64,000 nucleotides of DNA, from the NCBI GenBank assembly GCA_964490075.1, contig CAZBBK010000025.1:1-64000 (forward strand), in the 5' to 3' direction. The notes under the pieces were generated by a model. The model saw only the letters and a program-made list of their open reading frames with translations, had not been told where the DNA came from and did no database searches. Source of the DNA: an uncultured Gemmatimonadota bacterium (GTDB lineage: Bacteria; GCA-2686955). Positions 51,693 through 60,648 of this stretch are shown piece after piece. Every line of letters starts with the position of its first letter. Position 1 is the first letter of the stretch. The translations under genes were made by a program, and so were the position numbers.

Positions 51693-52823
51693 ATGACCGA
51701 GGTACGTCTCTCCGAGCCGAGCCTGGGCGCCCTGGAGCGCCGCTACGTGGAGCAGTGTATCGAGAGCGGCCGCCTGGCGGCGGGTGGCGCCTTCGAGGCC
51801 CGCCTGGAGCGCGAGATCGCCCGCCACCTGGAAGTGCCCCCGGCCCAGGTGGTCGCGTGCGCTTCGGGGACCGCCGCGCTGACCCTGGCGCTGCTCGAGC
51901 TGGAGGTCGGCCCCGGCGACGAGGTGGTGGTGCCCCAGCTCAGCTACGTCGCTCCCGCCAACGCAGCTGCTTGCCTCGGCGCGCGGCCGGTGCTGGCGGC
52001 GGTCGACCGGCGCTCTGGGCTGCTCGACCCGGCCGAGCTGGAGCGCCTGCTGGCCGATCGCGCGCGGGCCCGCGGCCGGGCTCCGAAGGCGGTGATCGGC
52101 GTCGACCTGCTGGGCCGGGTGGCCCCCTGGGAGAGCCTGCTCGAGATCGCCGACGCCCACCGCAGCACCTTGATCGAAGACGCCTGCGAGGCGCTGGGGG
52201 CGACCGGCGCCGGGGGGCGACCGGCGGGAGCCTTCACAGCAATCTCCTGCCTGAGCTTCAACGGCACCAAGACCGCCAGCGGCGGCTCGGGCGGCGCCCT
52301 TCGCCTCGCCGAGCCCGGCGCCGCCGACCGTGCCCGGATGCGCGCCAACCACGGCCGCCGCCCGGGTCGCGACTTCGTGCACGAGCTGATCGGCGGCAAC
52401 CTGCGCATCTCCAACCTGCACGCCGCCGTCGCATGCGCGCAGATGGAGCGCCTCGACGAGCTGATTCGGGGACGGCGCCGCGTCGGAGCGCGCTACCGGG
52501 AGGCGGTGCGGCGCCGCGGCTTGGCGCTCGACTGGCTCGCGGTGCCGCCCGGGACCCGTCACCTGGACTGGCTCCCCCCCTGCCTGGCGAGCGACGCCCA
52601 GACCCGCGAGCGAATCCTCGACGCCTGCGAGAACGAGAGCATCGAAGCCCGCCCCTTCTTCGCGCCGCTCCACCAGCTCCCCCCCTTCCGGGACTGCCCG
52701 CGCGGGAGCGGCGCGGCCGCCGAGGATCTCGCCGCGCGCGGCATTCTCCTACCCTCCTCGGCGTCGATGTCCGACGTTCTGGTCGACCGCATCGTCGACC
52801 TCATCGCACATTCCCTCCCATGA
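51693..52823 (+). CDS. DegT/DnrJ/EryC1/StrS sugar aminotransferase
   Basis: SGTAAL, IEDACEALG, SFNGTKT (PLP lysine) and LPSS. Confidence 0.9.
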   Translation: MTEVRLSEPSLGALERRYVEQCIESGRLAAGGAFEARLEREIARHLEVPPAQVVACASGTAALTLALLELEVGPGDEVVVPQLSYVAPANAAACLGARPVLAAVDRRSGLLDPAELERLLADRARARGRAPKAVIGVDLLGRVAPWESLLEIADAHRSTLIEDACEALGATGAGGRPAGAFTAISCLSFNGTKTASGGSGGALRLAEPGAADRARMRANHGRRPGRDFVHELIGGNLRISNLHAAVACAQMERLDELIRGRRRVGARYREAVRRRGLALDWLAVPPGTRHLDWLPPCLASDAQTRERILDACENESIEARPFFAPLHQLPPFRDCPRGSGAAAEDLAARGILLPSSASMSDVLVDRIVDLIAHSLP

Positions 52824-53896
52824 TCGCCCTCCTCCGCACGAAATCGCCGCCCCTCGCCGCCGCCGCCGCCGTCCTGATCGCCGGCTGCAACGATCTCTGC
52901 TGTGCCCCCGAGGGCGACCCGGCCGAGCTCGCGCTGCGCCAGGTCGTGCTCTCCGGCCGCCCCCTGGCCGGCGTCGTGGCCGATCCCGCGGGCTATGCCT
53001 GGACCTCGCAGGTGATCGGCCCCGGCTACCTGGTCTCCCCCGAGGGCGACACCGAGCGGCTCCAGGCCCCGATCGGCCTCGGCAGCGACCGTGCCGCCCT
53101 CGACCTCGATGCCGCCGGCCGTCCGATCTACGGCGTCTGGTACCGCGGCGTGGCGATCGCCGATCGCGCCGACTCCACCATCGACTACACCGTCTACGAC
53201 GGCACCGGCGGCTGCCTGCCCTCGAACCGGGTCACCGCCGTGCGCGGCAATCCCGACGGCTCGATCCTGGTCGCCGTCGCCCGCAGCGAGGGCATCACCC
53301 GCGTCGACCCGGCCCAGGGCGGCGCTCCCTGCCCGCGCTGGACCTCGGAGAACAGCGCCATGGCCCTGGGTCCCGGCGTCGACGACACCGACGGCTGGAT
53401 CGCCGGCATCAGCCAGGCCCGGAACGGCGAGCGTTGGGTCGCCGTCAACCAGGACGCCCTCTATCGCTGGCGGGACGGCGGCACTCCCGCCGACCCCGAC
53501 GACGACCAGTGGACCGCCTACCTGCCCTCCGATCGGCCGGAGCTCACCTCCACGCAGTTCGCCCACCTGACCCGCGGGCCGCTCGGCGGGCTGTGGGTGG
53601 CGACCCAGGACGGACTGATCGTGGTTCGCGACGGAGTCTGGACCCGCGTCACCGAGCTGATCAGCCTCTCGGTGCAGCACGTCGATTTCGGGCCGGAGGG
53701 CTTCGCCTGGGTGTCGACCGGGGACGGAATCTCGGTGCTCTCGGTCGAGACCTTGCGCGAGCGGGCCCAGTACGGTCTCTTCTCCGGCCTGCCGGACCGC
53801 TCCGTCACCGCGATCGCCTTCGACCCCACCGGCACCTACGCCTACGTGGCCACCGGCGAAGGCATGGCGATCATGGACCGCGTCGACGGCGATTGA
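52820..53896 (+). CDS. Lipoprotein with beta-propeller repeats
   Basis: Lipobox LIAGC and repeats LPSNRV, LWVAT and GLPDRSVTAIAFD. Confidence 0.7.
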   Translation: MIALLRTKSPPLAAAAAVLIAGCNDLCCAPEGDPAELALRQVVLSGRPLAGVVADPAGYAWTSQVIGPGYLVSPEGDTERLQAPIGLGSDRAALDLDAAGRPIYGVWYRGVAIADRADSTIDYTVYDGTGGCLPSNRVTAVRGNPDGSILVAVARSEGITRVDPAQGGAPCPRWTSENSAMALGPGVDDTDGWIAGISQARNGERWVAVNQDALYRWRDGGTPADPDDDQWTAYLPSDRPELTSTQFAHLTRGPLGGLWVATQDGLIVVRDGVWTRVTELISLSVQHVDFGPEGFAWVSTGDGISVLSVETLRERAQYGLFSGLPDRSVTAIAFDPTGTYAYVATGEGMAIMDRVDGD

Positions 53897-53907
53897 CGCG
53901 CCTTCGA

Positions 53908-55593
53908 TCAGCCCTTCACGATGTTGTCGATCACCAGGTAGGTCGTCGCCACCTGCCCGACCACCGCCACCAGCTCGCGGAAGAGCTGCCAGTAGTCGCG
54001 CGGTTCCTTTCCTGGGATCCAGATCGTGTCGCCGGGGCGGATCGGCGTCTCGTCGTCGAGCTCCAACCACTGGCCGGTCGACCCGGCCACCAGCCGGCGC
54101 TCGCTGCGGTCGGCGCGATCTGTGGTGCCGCCCGCCCGCTCCACATAGTGGGCGAAGCCGGCTCCCTCCAGACGCGCGTAGCCGCCGGGCCGCATCACGG
54201 CGCCGGAGACGTAGACCATGTCATCGCGGCTCGGCACCCGAATCGCATCGCCGGCGCGCAGCAGCGGATTCTCGGACGGATCGTCGAGATCGTCGAGCGC
54301 CACGTAGATCACCCGCGCCGCCAGCATGCGGCGCTGCAGCTGGTACTCGAACTCGCCGTGCTCCTGGATCGCCCGCGGAGTCATCCGAATCCGATCGGTG
54401 GTCGGATCGAGGCGCAGATCCTCGCCCTCGCGCATCACATAGGTCTCGTGTGAGACCGCCTCGGCCGTGAATCCGCCGGCCAGCAGCAAGATATCTCGGA
54501 CGGTGTCCTCGTCGGGCAGCAGCGGGTATTGGCCGGGGAAGCGCACCGCGCCCTCGACGGTCACGGTGGCCGGGGCTCGGCGCTCCGCAGAGGAGGGCAC
54601 GAAGATATGGTCCCCCGGCTCGATCTCCGCCAGCGCGGCGCGCGCGGCGTTGGTGATCACCCGATCCCCATTGCGGCCGGCGCGCTTGATGAGAATGAAC
54701 TCCGACGCCTCGGCGGTGACACCGCCCGCCAGACGCAAGAGATCGAGCGCGCTGTCGTGGGCCAGGAGCTCGTAGACACCAGGCGCATAGACCGCGCCGT
54801 CGATGCGCACCAGCTGGCGATCGCTCGGAATCACCAGCCGGTCGCCACCCCGCAGCACCGGGTTCTCGGCTCCCGGCCAGCCCAGCCGGGCGGCGGCCGC
54901 GTCGATCGGCCGCGGGGGCTCGCCGGCGCGGTGCAGGTAGACCCGGCGCCATTCGGGAGCGATCGGGGCGGCCTCCTCCGCCGCTTCCGGTTCCTGCTCC
55001 GCCAACCGCTCTTCCTCCTCGACCTCCGGCACCACGATCTGGGCCGTGCGCAGACCGCTCGGACCGACGCGCGCCTTGCCCAGGGCCTCGTCCAGCACAT
55101 CCGTGACGCGCGTGAAGGGGGTCGCCAGGAACTCCCCCGGAAAGGGCACCGCGCCCGCCAGCCGGACTCGGAAGGTGCGCGTGTTGCGCAGCCGCACCTG
55201 GATCTCGGCGCCGGGGTAGTAGCGCTGAAGAGTGGCGGCGACCTGGCGCTCGGCCTCGGCGACCGAGAGCCCGTCGACCTGCAGCGCACCCCCCGGTGTG
55301 ACGGTCAGGGAGCCGCTCGGACCCACCCACTCGAAGCGCCGCTCCTCGGCATCGCCGAGGATCAGGATCTCGAGCTGATCGCCCGGACCGAGGGCGTAGG
55401 TCGAAGGGTCGACCGCGCCGGGCGGCACCGTGGTGGCCACCGGCGCTCCGGCCGCCCCGGTCGCTCCCGCGTCGCCCCCGAGAGAGAGGGCGCCGGGCAA
55501 CAGATCCTGCGGCTCCAGGGCGCGCCCGCTGCCGGCCAGAGCGAGGATCGAGACCGTCGCCGCCGCCACGACGCGCTGCACGCGACTCATCAT
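53908..55593 (-). CDS. Polysaccharide export protein with SLBB domains (Wza/KpsD-like)
   Basis: YALGPGDQLEI, repeated V.GAV..PG.Y units, and IRPGDTIWIP. Confidence 0.85.
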   Translation of the reverse strand: MMSRVQRVVAAATVSILALAGSGRALEPQDLLPGALSLGGDAGATGAAGAPVATTVPPGAVDPSTYALGPGDQLEILILGDAEERRFEWVGPSGSLTVTPGGALQVDGLSVAEAERQVAATLQRYYPGAEIQVRLRNTRTFRVRLAGAVPFPGEFLATPFTRVTDVLDEALGKARVGPSGLRTAQIVVPEVEEEERLAEQEPEAAEEAAPIAPEWRRVYLHRAGEPPRPIDAAAARLGWPGAENPVLRGGDRLVIPSDRQLVRIDGAVYAPGVYELLAHDSALDLLRLAGGVTAEASEFILIKRAGRNGDRVITNAARAALAEIEPGDHIFVPSSAERRAPATVTVEGAVRFPGQYPLLPDEDTVRDILLLAGGFTAEAVSHETYVMREGEDLRLDPTTDRIRMTPRAIQEHGEFEYQLQRRMLAARVIYVALDDLDDPSENPLLRAGDAIRVPSRDDMVYVSGAVMRPGGYARLEGAGFAHYVERAGGTTDRADRSERRLVAGSTGQWLELDDETPIRPGDTIWIPGKEPRDYWQLFRELVAVVGQVATTYLVIDNIVKG

Positions 55594-56327
55594 TCGCACG
55601 CTCGCCGCGCCGCGGCCGCCTCGGCGACCAGGTCGGTTGCGCGCCGCAGGGAGTCGAAGGTCCCGGCGTCGGTCCACCAACCATCGAGGACCGAATAACG
55701 CATCTCAGCGCGCTCGATGAAGTGGTTGTTGACGTCGGTGATCTCGAGCTCGCCGCGCGCCGAGGGCTCGAGTCCCTCGATGATCTCGAACACCGACGCG
55801 TCGTAGAGATAGACACCGATCACGGCATAGGAGCTGGCCGGCCGGGTCGGCTTCTCGACGATGCGCACGATCCGCTCGCCCGCGATCTCCGGCACGCCGA
55901 AGCGCTCGGGATCGGGCACCTCCTTGAGCAGAATGCGCGCCCCCCTGGGGCTCTCGCGAAACGCGGCCACCGCGGGGGCGATGCTCTTCTCGATGATGTT
56001 GTCGCCCAGGATCACGGTGATCGGCTCGCCCTCGGCGAAGTCCTTGGCCAGCGAGAGGGCGTCGGCGATTCCCCCTTCGCCCTCCTGGTAGGCGTAGTGC
56101 ATCCGCTTCAGGCCGAAGTCCTTGCCGTTGCGCAAGAGCTTCAAGAAGTCGCCCGCCGAGTCGCCGCCGGTGACCACCAGGATCTCTTCGATGCCGGCAT
56201 CGACCAGCTTCTCGATCGGGTAGAAGATCATCGGCTTGTCGTAGACCGGCAGCAGGTGCTTGTTGGTCACCCGGGTCAGTGGATTCAGCCGGGTGCCGAG
56301 ACCGCCGGCCAGAATGACGCCCTTCAT
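55590..56327 (-). CDS. Sugar-phosphate nucleotidyltransferase (RmlA/SpsI-like)
   Basis: GVILAGGLGTRL, KHLLPVYDKPMI, EKP, RGELEITD and WTDAGT. Confidence 0.92.
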   Translation of the reverse strand: MKGVILAGGLGTRLNPLTRVTNKHLLPVYDKPMIFYPIEKLVDAGIEEILVVTGGDSAGDFLKLLRNGKDFGLKRMHYAYQEGEGGIADALSLAKDFAEGEPITVILGDNIIEKSIAPAVAAFRESPRGARILLKEVPDPERFGVPEIAGERIVRIVEKPTRPASSYAVIGVYLYDASVFEIIEGLEPSARGELEITDVNNHFIERAEMRYSVLDGWWTDAGTFDSLRRATDLVAEAAAARRACE

Positions 56328-57646
56328 GACGCGACGCTCCCGCGGCCGAAGCCGTCGTAGTGGAAGCCGGCCTCGATCACGTTGGCCGGGTCGTAGATGT
56401 TGCGGCCGTCGATCACCACCGGGTTCCTCATCGACTCGCGCACCCGATCCAGGTCGAGCTCCTTGAAGGCATCCCATTCGGTGACCACCACCATGGCGTC
56501 GCAGCCTTCCACGGTCTCGTAGACCGAGCGGCAGAGCTCGACATCCCAGCCGTGGCGAAGCGCCTCCTCGCCGGCCACCGGATCGTGGGCGCGCACTCTC
56601 GCCCCGAGCGCGCGAAGCTCGGCGATGATGCGCTCCGAGGGGGCGGCGCGCAGGTCGTCGGTGTTGGGCTTGAAGGAGAGCCCGAGCAGGCCGATGGTGC
56701 GCCCTTTCAGATCGCCCAGCACCCGGTGGAGCTTCTGGATGACGCGCAAGGGCTGCGCGTCATTGACCTTCATCACCGCGTCGACGATCTGCAGATCGTA
56801 GCCGGCGTTGGCGGCGATCTCCAGCAAGCCCTCGGTGTCCTTCGGGAAGCAGGAGCCGCCGTAGCCGATGCCCGCGTGCAGGAACTTCGGCCCGATGCGG
56901 GAGTCCATCCCCATCCCCTTGGCCACCGTGTCGATGTCGGCGCCGACCCGCTCGCAGACGTTGGCGATCTCGTTGATGAAGCTGATCTTGGTCGCCAGGA
57001 AGGCGTTCGAGGCGTACTTGATCATCTCGGCCGACTCGACGTTGGTCGAGATGATCGGCGTCTCCAGCGGGGGGATCGAGAGCGGATCGTAGATGGTGCG
57101 CATGATGTGCAGCGCGCGCGCCGAGCTGCAGCCGAGCACGATCCGGTCGGGGCGCTTGAAGTCGTTGATCGCCGAGCCTTCGCGCAGGAACTCGGGGTTG
57201 GAGACGATGTCGAAATCGAACTCCTGCTCCTGCCGGCTGCGGATCAGATCCTGCACCCGGGCCCCGGTTCCGGCCGGCACGGTGCTCTTGTTGACGATCA
57301 CCTTGTAGCCGTTCATGTAGCGGGCGATCTCCGCGGCCACCGCCTCTACGTACTTCAGGTCGACACCTCCCCCCTCCTTGGGCGGCGTGCCGACGGCGAT
57401 GATGATCACCTCGGAATCGATCACGCCCTCGCGCATCGAGGTGCTGAAGGAGATGCGCTCCTGCTTCTGGTTCTGCTGCACGAGCTCGGCCAGTCCGGGC
57501 TCGAAGATCGGCATGATCCCGTTCTCGAGGCCGTCGATGCGGTCCTCGTCGATGTCGACGCAGATCACCTCGTTGCCGAGGTCGGCCAGGCAGGTGGCGG
57601 TCACCAGACCGACATAGCCGGCACCGACGACACAGATCTTTTTCAT
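56324..57646 (-). CDS. ugd: UDP-glucose 6-dehydrogenase
   Basis: GAGYVGL, KSTVP, NPEFLREG, GYGGSCFPKD and FKPNTDDLR. Confidence 0.95.
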   Translation of the reverse strand: MKKICVVGAGYVGLVTATCLADLGNEVICVDIDEDRIDGLENGIMPIFEPGLAELVQQNQKQERISFSTSMREGVIDSEVIIIAVGTPPKEGGGVDLKYVEAVAAEIARYMNGYKVIVNKSTVPAGTGARVQDLIRSRQEQEFDFDIVSNPEFLREGSAINDFKRPDRIVLGCSSARALHIMRTIYDPLSIPPLETPIISTNVESAEMIKYASNAFLATKISFINEIANVCERVGADIDTVAKGMGMDSRIGPKFLHAGIGYGGSCFPKDTEGLLEIAANAGYDLQIVDAVMKVNDAQPLRVIQKLHRVLGDLKGRTIGLLGLSFKPNTDDLRAAPSERIIAELRALGARVRAHDPVAGEEALRHGWDVELCRSVYETVEGCDAMVVVTEWDAFKELDLDRVRESMRNPVVIDGRNIYDPANVIEAGFHYDGFGRGSVAS

Positions 57647-57790
57647 TTTGGGGGCTGCTCCGGAGGGAGGCGCGCGGGCGCAAAACACGGCCCGCTATGG
57701 AAGCGCTCAGGCGGCTCTTGGTCAGTGGATAAACGTTGCGACTTTAGCAAAGCCGATTCTGGCCCACCAAGGAATTCGGGGCGCGCCGCC

Positions 57791-57816
57791 GGGTCCCGGC
57801 AAAGTCGCCGGGACCC
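57791..57816. promoter_or_regulatory. Perfect 10-bp inverted repeat in the divergent ugd/alr intergenic region
   Basis: GGGTCCCGGC-AAAGTC-GCCGGGACCC. Confidence 0.45.
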
Positions 57817-57918
57817 TTCCCGCGGAGATGGCGTTGACTCACCCCGCGATCCCGGTGGATCCTGTCGCGGACCCGCGCCGCGGGCTTCGCGCCTTCCCCC
57901 TTTTTCGAGAGATCACCC

Positions 57919-59079
57919 ATCGTCACGCCGCCGCTGAGCTGGATCGAGATCGATTCCGACGCCCTGGACCACAACCGCCGCCTCTTCTTGCGGATGATCG
58001 GCGAGGGCCGGGCACTGATGCCGGTGGTCAAGTCCAACGCCTATGGGCATGGCCACGAGCTCATCACCCGCGCCCTGGCCGCGGCGGGCACGGGCTGGTT
58101 CGGGGTCAACTCGCTGGACGAGGCGCTGCGGACGCGGCGGCTGGCCCCCGACGCGCGCATCCTCGTCCTCGGCTACGTGGCGCCCGAGGCATTTCCCGAG
58201 GCGGTCGAGGCCGATGTCGACCTCACCCTGACCAATCCCTGCGAGATTCCGCTCCTCGACCGGGCGGCGCGGGCAGCGGAGCGCCGCGGTCGATTTCATC
58301 TCAAAGTGGAGACCGGGACCCATCGCCGCGGGGTCCCCGCGGAGGAGTTCGACCAGGTCGCCGAAGCGGTTCGAGCGGCTTCGCCCCTGCTCTGTTGCGC
58401 CGGCCTCTCGACCCATTTCGCCAACATCGAGGACACGCTGGACCACAGCTACGCCCAAGAGCAGCTGCGCCGCTTTCGCCGGGCCGAGGCCGACCTGGCC
58501 GCTCTGAGGCTGCGCTTCGAGACACGCCATACGGCCTGCACCGCGGCCACCCTGCTCTTTCCCGACACCCACTTCGACCTGGCGCGGGTCGGCATCGGCC
58601 TCTATGGCCTCTGGCCGAGCCGCGAGACGCGCCTCTCGTTTCGGATGCAGGCGCGGCGCGAGGTGGAGCTGCGCCCCTGCCTGACCTGGAAGGCCCGCAT
58701 CACGCAGATCAAGAGGGTGCCCCCCGGCTCGGACATCGGCTACGGCAGGTCCTACCGGACCGGATCGGAGAGCCGCATCGGCGTGCTCTCGGTGGGCTAC
58801 CACGAGGGCTACGATCGGCGCCTTTCCAACGTGGCGCACACCCTCGTCGGCGGCCGCCGCGCCCCGGTCCGCGGCCGGGTCTGCATGAACATGACGCTGA
58901 TCGACCTCAGCCACGTGCCGCAGGCGGCGGTGGGCGACGAGGCGGTGCTGCTGGGGCGCCAGGGCAAGGAAAGCGTCAGCGCCGAGGACCTGGCCGGCTG
59001 GTCCGGCACCATCAACTACGAGATCGTCTCGCGGATTCACCCCGATCTGCCGAGGGTGGCGGCGCGGGGCGGGGGGTGA
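57919..59079 (+). CDS. alr: Alanine racemase (start codon uncertain)
   Basis: WIEIDSDALDHN, VVKSNAYGHG, HLKVETG, THFA, IGYG, GRVCM and GTINYEI. Confidence 0.92.
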   Translation: MVTPPLSWIEIDSDALDHNRRLFLRMIGEGRALMPVVKSNAYGHGHELITRALAAAGTGWFGVNSLDEALRTRRLAPDARILVLGYVAPEAFPEAVEADVDLTLTNPCEIPLLDRAARAAERRGRFHLKVETGTHRRGVPAEEFDQVAEAVRAASPLLCCAGLSTHFANIEDTLDHSYAQEQLRRFRRAEADLAALRLRFETRHTACTAATLLFPDTHFDLARVGIGLYGLWPSRETRLSFRMQARREVELRPCLTWKARITQIKRVPPGSDIGYGRSYRTGSESRIGVLSVGYHEGYDRRLSNVAHTLVGGRRAPVRGRVCMNMTLIDLSHVPQAAVGDEAVLLGRQGKESVSAEDLAGWSGTINYEIVSRIHPDLPRVAARGGG

Positions 59080-59095
59080 TCGGGGCGGGCTGCCG

Positions 59096-59503
59096 CTACT
59101 CCGACGGCCGCCAGGCCCGCCCAATATCGGTCTGGGAGAAGTCGTCGCCTTTGAAGAGCAGCGGCAGACCACGCACCTTGGCCAGCGCGTAGCCGAAGAG
59201 GCCGCCGAAGTTCAGCTCGGTCTTGTGCCCGCTCCCCTTGCCGAAGGTCACGAATGCGGCATAGGCGGCATCCATCTCGGCCGGGCCGGGGGGGACGAGC
59301 TCGAAGACGGGCAATCGCAGCAGATCGTCCAGGAGCAGCACCGCACGCTGGCCGCGCCGGCCGTGAACCACCAGGCGTGCCTCGACGACCGAGACCGTGC
59401 TGATCAGGGCCCGCTCGGCTTCCTGGAGCAGACGCACGAAGACATCGCGCTCGGGCTGCGCGAAGACGATCGCCACCAGGGCAGAGGTATCGACGACGAT
59501 CAT
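59096..59503 (-). CDS. vapC: VapC PIN-domain toxin
   Basis: MIVVDTSALVAI...VVE...LNFG..F.YALAK...PLLFKGDDFSQTDI. Confidence 0.9.
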   Translation of the reverse strand: MIVVDTSALVAIVFAQPERDVFVRLLQEAERALISTVSVVEARLVVHGRRGQRAVLLLDDLLRLPVFELVPPGPAEMDAAYAAFVTFGKGSGHKTELNFGGLFGYALAKVRGLPLLFKGDDFSQTDIGRAWRPSE

Positions 59504-59739
59504 CGTGGCAGGCCCTGCGGGTTCCACTCGAGCGGGTCATGGGCATCGGATCGGTCGGGGATCAGATCGAGCTGAGCCAGCAGCGCGGCCATGCGTTCAT
59601 TGACCCCGATTCCGCAACCGACCTCGTTGAGCAGACGATCCACCGCCCGTTCGACCGCGGCGGTCTTGGTCAGACCCGCGATCTTCGCCAGCTGCTCGAC
59701 TTTGCGGACGACCGTGGGATTGGCGATTTGCAGCGCCAT
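59500..59739 (-). CDS. vapB: VapB antitoxin
   Basis: MALQIANP...LA...GLTKTAAVERA; 79 aa, ATGA-coupled to vapC. Confidence 0.85.
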   Translation of the reverse strand: MALQIANPTVVRKVEQLAKIAGLTKTAAVERAVDRLLNEVGCGIGVNERMAALLAQLDLIPDRSDAHDPLEWNPQGLPR

Positions 59740-59841
59740 GGCACTCTCCGGAATAGTGAAATAACCATTGTCAATATACATTCCGATGATGCCGCTGGCA
59801 ATCATGCCCGCAGCCCGCGCCAAGGGCCCTTCTCGCCCAGA

Positions 59842-60555
59842 TCAGGACGCCCCACTCCCCATCTGCTCCACCAGCGCCATCGTCGCCGCGCGCGGATCCC
59901 GCGCCTGCGTGATCGGCCGCCCCACCACCAGGAGGTCGGCGCCGGCCGCGATCGCCGCCGCCGGGGTCGCGACCCGGGCCTGATCCTGGACCGCGCTGCC
60001 CGCCGGCCGGATGCCAGGGGTGACGATCAGCGCATCGGGGTCGAGCGCCCGGCGCAGCGCCGCCGCCTCACGGGCCGAGGCCACCACGCCGGCCAGTCCC
60101 GCCCGACGACCGGCGCGCGCCCGCTCGAGCACCTCGCTCGGATCGCCGACCGCCCGGCTGGTGAGCACCGTGATCCCGAGAATCGCCGGCGCCGCCACCG
60201 TGCTCTTCGCTGCCTGCTCCGCCGCCCCTTCGAGCGCGGCGCGCAACATCTGCTCCCCGCCCGCGACGTGCACCGTCAGATAGCGCACGCCGAGCGCGGT
60301 GGCGGCCCGGCAGGCGCCGCCGACCGTGGCCGGAATGTCGTGGAACTTCAGATCGAGAAAGAGGTCGAAGCCGAGCTCCGCCAGCTCCTCCAGAGCCCGC
60401 GGACCGCTCGCCACGAAGAGCCGGGGGCCGATCTTGACGGTCTTCACCAACCCCACCAGGCGCCGCGCCAGCGCCAGGGCGGGAGCGAGATCCTCGTAGT
60501 CGAGCGCCACGGCGAGGCGCGATTCCGGCTTCGGCAGCAGGGTCGGCTGCGGCAC
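59842..60555 (-). CDS. pyrF: Orotidine-5'-phosphate decarboxylase
   Basis: VALD, FLDLKFHDIPATV, TPGIR, DQ.RV and VVGRPI. Confidence 0.96.
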   Translation of the reverse strand: MPQPTLLPKPESRLAVALDYEDLAPALALARRLVGLVKTVKIGPRLFVASGPRALEELAELGFDLFLDLKFHDIPATVGGACRAATALGVRYLTVHVAGGEQMLRAALEGAAEQAAKSTVAAPAILGITVLTSRAVGDPSEVLERARAGRRAGLAGVVASAREAAALRRALDPDALIVTPGIRPAGSAVQDQARVATPAAAIAAGADLLVVGRPITQARDPRAATMALVEQMGSGAS

Positions 60556-60648
60556 GGGGGACCGTCCTTTCTTGGAAGGGTCCCCCAGGGTGCCGCGGCC
60601 CGCGCGATCGGGTCAATCCTTTCGCCCGGCTTGCGCTAATCTCGCGCC

